Below are positions 16,666-23,981 of a stretch of DNA of 32,000 bases, piece by piece. Both the position numbers and the translations under genes were made by a program. The notes beneath the pieces were generated by a model. It did no database searches and was not told where the DNA came from. It saw only the letters and a program-made list of their open reading frames with translations. This stretch comes from a virus, in the IMG/VR virus record IMGVR_UViG_3300034109_000980, positions 35,351-67,350 of that record, one strand, 5' to 3'. The first letter of the stretch is position 1. Each line of letters begins with the position of its first letter.

Positions 16666-17658
16666 GTATCAAATTAGTCAAGAACCAATACAATCATTAA
16701 CAATTAGAGCATTTGTGGGTGCGTTGAGATAGCTTTTTGTATCAGATCAATCAAGAACCAATACAATCATTAACCCGTTATATACACTATTGTCGTGGGG
16801 GTAGACCCAATCTAGTATCAGATCAATCAAGAACCAATACAATCATTAACTTCTCAATCTAAAATCATTATAGCATTCATTAATTTGTGTATCAGATCAA
16901 TCAAGAACCAATACAATCATTAACTCACAGGGGCTTGATGGGTGTTTCCTCAAAGAAATTCACAAATTCAAACTAAGTATCAGATCAATCAAGAACCAAT
17001 ACAATCATTAACAAGGATCATTGTCTACCATGGAATTAGTTGCCCGTATTAAGTATCAGATCAATCAAGAACCAATACAATCATTAACTTAGAGCTAACC
17101 CAACACATCCCAACAGGGAGAACTTGTATCAGATCAATCAAGAACCAATACAATCATTAACGGGTGAAGGTAAAGCTAATCGTGTTACCCCAATCTTTAG
17201 GGAGTATCAGATCAATCAAGAACCAATACAATCATTAACGATAGAGAGAAGAAAATACTCAGGACTTCAAAATATAGTATCAGATCAATCAAGAACCAAT
17301 ACAATCATTAACAATTAGCTAAGGGTTTGGGGTTTGTATGGCTTTAGTATCAGATCAATCAAGAACCAATACAATCATTAACAATACGGGTTTTATCCGG
17401 TCGGGGTTGGGTAATTGGTATCAGATCAATCAAGAACCAATACAATCATTAACGATACGGGTTTTATCCGGTCGGGGTTGGGTAATTGGTATCAGATCAA
17501 TCAAGAACCAATACAATCATTAACGAGTGTTTTGGGGTGTGTTAGATTAAAACTATACTTTGTATCAGATCAATCAAGAACCAATACAATCATTAACGCC
17601 ACGCCACACCCCGCCGCGCCACGTATCAGATCAATCAAGAACCAATACAATCATTAAC
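16666..17658. CRISPR. CRISPR-like array: 14 repeats of 36 nt, 13 spacers (25-52 nt), no cas1/cas2 in window
   Basis: Repeat GTATCAGATCAATCAAGAACCAATACAATCATTAAC starting at 16739,16815,16889,16977,17053,17126,17204,17277,17347,17418,17489,17562,17623 (identical) plus variant at 16666 (3 mismatches). Spacers 37,40,38,52,40,37,42,37,34,35,35,37,25 nt. Decay gradient toward lower coordinates suggests the leader is at the 17658 side, i.e. minus-strand transcription. Confidence 0.85.
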
Positions 17659-17662
17659 CCCT

Positions 17663-17676
17663 GGCTTTTGAAAGCC
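17663..17676 (-). other. Small hairpin between array and iscB (candidate element end or processing site)
   Basis: GGCTTTTGAAAGCC, 4 nt beyond the last repeat. Confidence 0.35.
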
Positions 17677-17756
17677 TTACACAGAAAGGGTTTTAGACTG
17701 CTTTTGCGAGGCTCGGTAAAAATCATTGATTTTGGCTTCTGTGATTTGACAATAAA

Positions 17757-19055
17757 TTAACTGGAACTGCTTTCTTGTAATGGTTCGAGGCTCGAATAGG
17801 CATAACCATCGGCTTTCTGAAGTAGGCTCAGGTATTTTGGGTGAACATCCATCTTGTCCAAGGTAAAACTCGGACGTTGCCGAATCGTAACCCGACCATA
17901 ATGGGTTCCCTTATTCTTTCCAGATGGAATTACAGCCTTAACTAAATCCCCCGTTTTATACCCCATAAAGCTCTTGATTCTTGCTTTATGGCACTTAGGA
18001 AAACCATATTTATCAGTCGTTACCCGTTGCCTGACCCCATGCCCTTTAGCTGATATTAATAAAGGTTTGACATCCTTAATAATCAGATTTTCGGGAGTAG
18101 AAGCACCAACACAAGCCGCATCAATCCAGTGAGCTTTAGGGAACTTTTGACGGCATCGGTTAAACTTAGTCCGTCCCCCCGTCCCAACTTCTACAGGTAA
18201 ACCCGTTTCTTTCAATCGGTTGTATAAACACCACCGGGTAGAATTAACGGCGGCTGCATCTTTGAGAGGGGCTTTAACCCGTTTCAGGATTTTATTAAGC
18301 AATTCCTTCTTCTTAGAAAGGAAATCTTTAATATCCTTAGCACCCTTTTTCTGATTGCATTTATGGCAAGCGATCGCTAAGTTAGAAACCCGATTAGTCC
18401 CACCTTTTGATCTGGGTATCAAGTGTTCAATCTCTAATCTGGTATCAACAGCGCCACAGTAAACGCACTGACGGTTAAACTTCTCCAAAAGGTATTCCCT
18501 GACTTCATAGCCCGCGAGTTCCCCTTGCTGATACTCAACACCGGAAACTTCTGGATTCTCCATAATTTGAGTGTCGAACCGTACCAACTCCTGAGATATC
18601 GCTGCAATCGGAGCCAACTTTCTTAACCGATTGACCCAGGTAATCACATTTTCGACCCGTGACATCAAGCTCGGAGCTAACCAACCTTTAACCCGTGTTC
18701 TGTTAAGGAAACGGGGTTGGCGGTATCTGGTTTTCCGTCCCCTGCGACCCCTTCTTAAACTACGTCGGGATTCCAGTGCATTCTTGATCACCATGCCACG
18801 ATGTTGAATATCTGCACCCCAAACAACTTCACCCGTGCCGTCGTTTACCAAGGCAATGCCAGTAAATTTAGAACCAGGATCTATCTTTAGCCTCAAGTCT
18901 TCAGTTGAAGATTTGACAGCATATTTTAGGATGATTGTAAAAGGTTGATGCCGAAAAACTGCGGCTTTCTTTTGCGTTAAAAGAATCCTAGCTTTTGCGG
19001 GTGAGATTGGATTTAATGGACGCTTTTCGGCATCCATTACGAATACTTTAGACAT
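17757..19055 (-). CDS. iscB: IscB RNA-guided endonuclease (RuvC + HNH), 432 aa
   Basis: MSKVFVMDAEKRPLNPISPAKARILL (PLMP-like), LRLKIDPGSKFTGIALV (RuvC-I), RRSLRRGRRGRKTRYRQPRF (Arg-rich bridge), ISQELVRFD (RuvC-II), QCVYCGA...LEIEHLIPRSKGGTNRVSNLAIACHKCNQKKG (HNH), KAHWIDAACVG (RuvC-III). Catalytic residues appear intact. Confidence 0.92.
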   Translation of the reverse strand: MSKVFVMDAEKRPLNPISPAKARILLTQKKAAVFRHQPFTIILKYAVKSSTEDLRLKIDPGSKFTGIALVNDGTGEVVWGADIQHRGMVIKNALESRRSLRRGRRGRKTRYRQPRFLNRTRVKGWLAPSLMSRVENVITWVNRLRKLAPIAAISQELVRFDTQIMENPEVSGVEYQQGELAGYEVREYLLEKFNRQCVYCGAVDTRLEIEHLIPRSKGGTNRVSNLAIACHKCNQKKGAKDIKDFLSKKKELLNKILKRVKAPLKDAAAVNSTRWCLYNRLKETGLPVEVGTGGRTKFNRCRQKFPKAHWIDAACVGASTPENLIIKDVKPLLISAKGHGVRQRVTTDKYGFPKCHKARIKSFMGYKTGDLVKAVIPSGKNKGTHYGRVTIRQRPSFTLDKMDVHPKYLSLLQKADGYAYSSLEPLQESSSS

Positions 19056-19307
19056 TTAAAAATAACTCTTTCGAGCCTCCGATAAATCGGGTAAAGTGTG
19101 CCTCGTCAATGTTATTAAGCGGTACTGTCCAGGTGACACTGACTTAATTGCTGTACATCTGTTTAATCACCTAGTTATAGAGCTTGGAACTGGCAACGCA
19201 TCCCAAGGTATGAACTTAAACGCTTCTCAATAACGTAGCTCAGTAAAGAGCTTAGACTGGTTAACTGTTTACCAACAAACTACATTGGTAAACCTTGATT
19301 CTTGACT
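19056..19307 (-). ncRNA. Candidate omega RNA / tracrRNA-like RNA upstream of iscB
   Basis: ~250 nt non-coding. Hairpins on minus strand: TTTACCAA-N9-TTGGTAAA (19292..19268), AGCTC-N6-GAGCT (19253..19238), CCGAT-TT-ATCGG (19090..19079). 5' end complementary to the array repeat. Confidence 0.65.
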
Positions 19308-19313
19308 ATTTAC

Positions 19314-19342
19314 ATTGTACACGAATAACGTGAAAAAAACAA
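19314..19342 (-). promoter_or_regulatory. Candidate sigma70-type promoter for the iscB guide RNA
   Basis: Minus strand TTGTTT-N17-TACAAT; predicted start at about 19306-19307. Confidence 0.55.
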
Positions 19343-19366
19343 GTTTATTTGTATATTTTTAAAAGG

Positions 19367-19780
19367 TCAAGAGCAATCGTCAACCTTGATAATCTCAATC
19401 TCAACACAAAGGGCTTTCAATCTCTCAAAAGCCACCACCGGATCGGCTTCAAAATCAACTGGACTAGATCCGGTCATCGGAGCGTCGGACACCGCCCCCA
19501 ATGGCTCAAAAGCACGGGATTTATTATTCCAAAAAAACACCCTGTTAATACGTCGCTCTATTGCTTCCGGTGTTTCGAGAAAACAATAGATAAGTCCTGC
19601 AACAATAGCCTGCCTGACATCGGTTCTGAATCGCCTTTTATCGAGTTTAATTGTCCATAATTCAGATAGAAGTTCCTCGTCGGTTTCTACATCATACCAG
19701 AGACACTCACAAGAGAATGTGTGGAGGTCGTTGGCATGAATTTTTTGGGCGGGTTGAAATCCTTTTTTAGTTGTCTTCAT
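19367..19780 (-). CDS. Hypothetical protein
   Basis: 137 aa, overlaps methyltransferase 3' end by 14 nt. Confidence 0.5.
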   Translation of the reverse strand: MKTTKKGFQPAQKIHANDLHTFSCECLWYDVETDEELLSELWTIKLDKRRFRTDVRQAIVAGLIYCFLETPEAIERRINRVFFWNNKSRAFEPLGAVSDAPMTGSSPVDFEADPVVAFERLKALCVEIEIIKVDDCS

Positions 19781-20813
19781 AAAGATTAATTGATTTTAAG
19801 ATTGCCAGACCTAACTCTTTCGCCAACAACGGCGGCACGGCATTTCCGATTATTTGTTGACTTAAAGATTTGGATTCTGGGAATTTGTAATCATCGGGAA
19901 AAGTTTGCAGCCGTGCCGTCGCTTTTTGACTAATCCGTTTGATTTGACTTCCCTGTACGATGTCCGCCCAATGGGTCGAAACACCCGCCATAGCTCGAAT
20001 TGTTGGACAAGGCTTGTTTTGTGGAGTCGGTAAAATATTCTTGATACAGGCTCCCGCACGGGGGATTAATAGGATGGGAGAATGGGAATTACAGTGACCC
20101 CCTACGATAGTAAAACTTGGATCGTTTGACTCCCGAACTGTAGCCTGTCTAATGAGTTGTTTACCAATATCAATCAAGGCTTTTTCTGGCAAATATCCCA
20201 ATTCATTCAATCGCTTAATCTGCCAGTCCGCAAGCTCACAATCCTGCATTTCTGGGATTAAATCACTAATGGCTTGATACCATCCCTTTTTAGGTTTTGA
20301 TTCAGGAAAATAAGGGAGGGGTTCTGAATTTTTAACTGCCCACATAATCAACCGTTTCCGATTTTGCGGAACCCCGTGATCCGCCGCGTCAAGTATTAAC
20401 CAATGATAGCGATATCCGTGGCGAATTAAGGATTGTAGGATTTTCTCGAATACAGGTGATTTTGAATATCCTGGGACGTTTTCGAGAATCACCCATCGAG
20501 GGGATAATGAGGCAATATAATCACAGCAATAAAGCCCCGCATCTTTATCTTTGTGGTCAGGAATATCACCCCGCCGTGCATTGCTGTATTGTTGGCAAGG
20601 GGGACTCATCCAAAGCAGATCAACAGGTTCTAAATGGCGAGGACTAGCTGACCCGACACATTGATTAATTATCTTGGTATTCGGGAAATTTTGTTGCGCT
20701 ACTTCTGCAATTTTAGGATCTCTTTCAATTCCCCAAATGGACTCAAAACCCGCGGCTTCTAATCCCAAATCTGCACCGCCTCCGCCCATGAATAATGTTG
20801 CGAATGTTGGCAT
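19767..20813 (-). CDS. C5-cytosine DNA methyltransferase
   Basis: LFMGGGGADLGLEAAGF, LLWMSPPCQQYS, WVILENVPGY, PQNRKRLIM, LQTFPDDYKFP, QQIIGNAVPPLLA. Confidence 0.92.
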   Translation of the reverse strand: MPTFATLFMGGGGADLGLEAAGFESIWGIERDPKIAEVAQQNFPNTKIINQCVGSASPRHLEPVDLLWMSPPCQQYSNARRGDIPDHKDKDAGLYCCDYIASLSPRWVILENVPGYSKSPVFEKILQSLIRHGYRYHWLILDAADHGVPQNRKRLIMWAVKNSEPLPYFPESKPKKGWYQAISDLIPEMQDCELADWQIKRLNELGYLPEKALIDIGKQLIRQATVRESNDPSFTIVGGHCNSHSPILLIPRAGACIKNILPTPQNKPCPTIRAMAGVSTHWADIVQGSQIKRISQKATARLQTFPDDYKFPESKSLSQQIIGNAVPPLLAKELGLAILKSINLYEDN

Positions 20814-21373
20814 TAGAAACCCTCCTCAACAATTGTTAAGCCACAGCCGGGGAGCAATAAATTAGGATCGTTTGATGAACTCAACACCACCATTCCAGAG
20901 GGTAAGCATTCTTTTACAGTGAGGATTACATTGCCAAAATTCTTGTCTGTAGTTTTGACATGATCGCCTTTCTGGAAAGCGTAATTTCCGAGGGGGATTT
21001 GTTCCCCTTTGACCATCTGAATAAATAGTTTTATCTTGTCCGAGTCTAAGGATTCTGCCAATCCTTTCGCCCACTGAATTTTGATTTTATTCCCCCGGCA
21101 CATAATCACCCGTCCGATGTAACGGCTATCCTTTTTTAATTGCACAATATCTGTTTTTTTGAATGGGGATGAGTCGGAAACCTCCTCAAAGTCTAGGGTT
21201 TCCGATCTGGTTTTTTCGTTAGTTACTTGACAGGTTTGTTTTAATACATTCAAACTTTCAACTCGCCATGCTGTACCTCTTATTAGATAAGATGGGCGGT
21301 GTTTATGTGGGTCAATCTCTACCCACTCACCAACTTTTAAAACTCTTTCAAATATCTTGGTTGTTACGGTCAT
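20813..21373 (-). CDS. Hypothetical protein
   Basis: 186 aa; beta-rich KOW-like segments; start overlaps the methyltransferase end boundary. Confidence 0.5.
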   Translation of the reverse strand: MTVTTKIFERVLKVGEWVEIDPHKHRPSYLIRGTAWRVESLNVLKQTCQVTNEKTRSETLDFEEVSDSSPFKKTDIVQLKKDSRYIGRVIMCRGNKIKIQWAKGLAESLDSDKIKLFIQMVKGEQIPLGNYAFQKGDHVKTTDKNFGNVILTVKECLPSGMVVLSSSNDPNLLLPGCGLTIVEEGF

Positions 21374-21428
21374 GTCAATCTCCTTTGTTGGGTTTAATGG
21401 AATTAATCAATCAAGGGCGCGGTCAAGA

Positions 21429-22055
21429 TTAAGCGGTTAATGAACGGGCGGATTCTGGTCTACCATCACGTTTTTTCATCTCCCTGTCTTCATTTAATAA
21501 AGCAATAAACCAACGAACCCCATCGTCTGAGATTCCGTTTAAACAATCAGGATGCGAGAGGATGTATTCCACTAAATGATCATTCCGAATGTAAAACTGT
21601 CTTGTGCCTTCAGAGTGATGTTTTAGCCCGTTATTTATCCATCCACGAATCCTTTCTCTTGAAAATCCTAGTCCTATAAAAACTGCCGTGGCTCCATACC
21701 AACCACTGTTAGGTCTTAGGCTTTGTCCGAGATTTAATAACTTATTTTGAACGGATAATATTGTTCGCTCTTGATAGCCTTTTTTAACGGCTAGTTGATT
21801 ATATCGAATAACTAATTGGGTGAACGGTAAAGTTTCTGCTAGTGCTATCAAGGTTTCAGTTTCCTCGTGTGTCCATATCCAACTTGATTCCTTTAGGTTG
21901 TTTCTAACCTTTGAATATTTGATATCAATAGATGCTTTTGTTCTCCCTAAAATTTCAGCAATCTGCGCATGAGTTTTTTTGCTGTCTTTTAAAAGTAGAA
22001 GTTGTTCTATCTCAGCTTCTGTCCATGTGTTCTTGTAATTTTCTAGCATTCTCAA
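21429..22055 (-). CDS. Myb/SANT-like helix-turn-helix protein
   Basis: NTWTEAEIEQLLLLKDSKKTHAQIAEILGRTKASIDIKYSKVR and SWIWTHEETETLIALAETLPFTQLVIRYNQ. Confidence 0.6.
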   Translation of the reverse strand: MRMLENYKNTWTEAEIEQLLLLKDSKKTHAQIAEILGRTKASIDIKYSKVRNNLKESSWIWTHEETETLIALAETLPFTQLVIRYNQLAVKKGYQERTILSVQNKLLNLGQSLRPNSGWYGATAVFIGLGFSRERIRGWINNGLKHHSEGTRQFYIRNDHLVEYILSHPDCLNGISDDGVRWFIALLNEDREMKKRDGRPESARSLTA

Positions 22056-22078
22056 ACTCCTTGATAATTAGTGGGTTT

Positions 22079-23392
22079 CTATCTTGACCTCGCCATATTT
22101 TTAAACTGAGTAAACTGGGAATCAAATAATAACTTAACCGTTCCGGTGGGGCCGTTGCGATGTTTGGTTAAAATGATTTCAGCTACCCCGGCTTCTGAAC
22201 TGTTGGGATTGTAGTAATCATCTCGGTAAATCATCATTATTAAATCCGCGTCCTGTTCCGTTGATCCCGATTCTCTCAAGTCGGACATCATTGGGCGTTT
22301 ATTAGTGCGTTGCTCAACACTTCGATTTAACTGAGATAAGACAATAACAGGGACGTTTAAGTCCTTTGCCATTCCCTTTAATCCCCGTGTAATTCTTGAC
22401 AATTCCTGCACCCGATTCTCGCTGCCACCATCCATTAATTGCAGATAATCTATTAGGATTAAACCTAGTTTTCCATCGTTTTCGGCTTGCAGTTTTTGAG
22501 CTTTTTTCTTAATTTCATTGACAGTAGGGTTCGAGGTATCGTCAATAAAAATCGGCAATTCTGCTAACTTACTAATCGCCTCTGTTAACGACTCCCACTC
22601 ATCTTGCTGAATATTTCCCGACCGCAGCCGCGTGCTTTCGATTTTTGCTTCCCCTGCTAAAAGTCGTTGGACTAACTGACCTTTGGACATTTCTAAACTG
22701 AACACCGCAACGGGTAATCCTTTTTTAGCAATCTTAAAACCAAACTGGACTGCTAAGGCTGTTTTTCCCATTGACGGCCTACCAGCCACAATAATTAAAT
22801 CTGAACGTTGAAAACCTCCTGTCATTGCATCTAAATCATAGAAACCGCAGGGAACACCGGGGGGAATTTTGCTTTCACTCCGATCTTCAATTTCCTGAAA
22901 GGTATCAATCAGGGTTTCACCAATTGAAACTAAATCTTGCTGACTTTTCCCCTGGGAAATATTGGCAATTTGTTCTTCTGATTTTTGAATTACAGTCTCT
23001 AATTCTTGACTGGTATCTTCTGCTAACTCAATAATCTTATAAGCGGAAGATACTAGATCGCGACGGGTTTTTTTGTCAAGAATTAGTTTGGCATATTGAT
23101 CAATGTTGACTGCTGAAACCGTCCGATCTACGAGTTGAGTTAATCCTAATTGTCCTCCCACTTGTTCGAGTAATTTCTGATCTGCCAACCAAAATGTAAC
23201 GGTCATCAAATCAGTGGGTTTTCCCTCAGAATGCAGGGTTAATACTGCCTTGTAAATCGTTTGATGCGATCGCAGGGAGAATGATTCAGGTTGCAACATT
23301 TCTGCAACTCGACCAATGGCTTCTGGGTCTAATAGAATCCCCCCTAAAACGGCTTGTTCTGCCTCGACATTTTCCATGATTACTGTTTCCAT
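22079..23392 (-). CDS. dnaB: Replicative DNA helicase DnaB
   Basis: VEAEQAVLGGILLDPEA, FYDLDAMTGGFQRSDLIIVAGRPSMGKTALAVQFG, VFSLEMSKGQLVQRLLAGEAKI, LGLILIDYLQLMDG, DLRESGSTEQDADLIMMIYRDDYY. Confidence 0.97.
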   Translation of the reverse strand: METVIMENVEAEQAVLGGILLDPEAIGRVAEMLQPESFSLRSHQTIYKAVLTLHSEGKPTDLMTVTFWLADQKLLEQVGGQLGLTQLVDRTVSAVNIDQYAKLILDKKTRRDLVSSAYKIIELAEDTSQELETVIQKSEEQIANISQGKSQQDLVSIGETLIDTFQEIEDRSESKIPPGVPCGFYDLDAMTGGFQRSDLIIVAGRPSMGKTALAVQFGFKIAKKGLPVAVFSLEMSKGQLVQRLLAGEAKIESTRLRSGNIQQDEWESLTEAISKLAELPIFIDDTSNPTVNEIKKKAQKLQAENDGKLGLILIDYLQLMDGGSENRVQELSRITRGLKGMAKDLNVPVIVLSQLNRSVEQRTNKRPMMSDLRESGSTEQDADLIMMIYRDDYYNPNSSEAGVAEIILTKHRNGPTGTVKLLFDSQFTQFKNMARSR

Positions 23393-23979
23393 TATTTCGC
23401 TCCGTTTAAGTTTTTACTCATTTTTGTGGCGATCAGGTTATTTAGAAATTCCTGATTTTTTACCCGTTGTTCCTCTGAAAGTTCTGGCTTGAGTCCATTG
23501 GGTTTGAATTCCCGTTGCTCAGGGGGAATGATTTGCACTGGGCGCTCAAATTCTCGCGGGGATTTTCGGTAGGCTTGCCAGTGGATCTTGAAATCGTTGC
23601 TCAGGTATTGCAGTTGGGTACTTTCAATCGATCCAAGGTGAGATATCCCACCGAGTTTGAAAATTGCGTACTGGGTAGCATCATCCAAATTATTTAACGG
23701 GAGGCGGTTAGCGAGCGATTCTAGGCATCTTGACCAACAATTAGATACCAATTCACGGTCGGACTCTTTAACGAGGTTTACAAGCTCTTTACCCGTGGGG
23801 CATTGTCTAAGATTGAAAATCGCCTCCATAATTGCCATCTCAAATTCTTCTGCCGATAACTCTTGACTGAGTTTGTCAAACCAAATCTCATACTTGAGTT
23901 GTGTAAAAATCGCGTCGGGAAAGTTTTCTTTCAGGTTTTCAATTCCCTGATCAAAGATTTCATCGTTAAGCTCGGTCAT
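23392..23979 (-). CDS. Unknown replication-linked protein (possible loader/adaptor)
   Basis: 195 aa, directly between putative initiator and dnaB; function inferred from position only. Confidence 0.4.
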   Translation of the reverse strand: MTELNDEIFDQGIENLKENFPDAIFTQLKYEIWFDKLSQELSAEEFEMAIMEAIFNLRQCPTGKELVNLVKESDRELVSNCWSRCLESLANRLPLNNLDDATQYAIFKLGGISHLGSIESTQLQYLSNDFKIHWQAYRKSPREFERPVQIIPPEQREFKPNGLKPELSEEQRVKNQEFLNNLIATKMSKNLNGAK

Positions 23980-23981
23980 GG

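Noticed and set aside
16666-17658. Array interpreted purely as replication iterons
   Set aside because: Spacers are unique and mostly 34-42 nt, repeats are long and identical, and a better iteron cluster exists at 24.6 kb. Kept as an alternative but judged less likely than a CRISPR-type array.
16666-17658. Self-targeting by spacers within the window
   Set aside because: I scanned by eye for the more distinctive spacers and found no match; an exact search is needed before concluding.
17124-17760. Chain of + strand ORFs with repeated MYQINQEPIQSLT / VSDQSRTNTIIN peptides
   Set aside because: These are translations of the 36-nt array repeats in different frames, not proteins.
19349-19660. 103-aa and 67-aa + ORFs (19349..19660, 19386..19589)
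   Set aside because: Antisense to the 137-aa ORF that fits the minus-strand gene chain.
22825-23034. Antisense ORFs inside dnaB and neighbouring genes (22825..23034, 23515..23697, 23657..23866, 24539..24721)
   Set aside because: Opposite strand to well-supported genes with no independent evidence.
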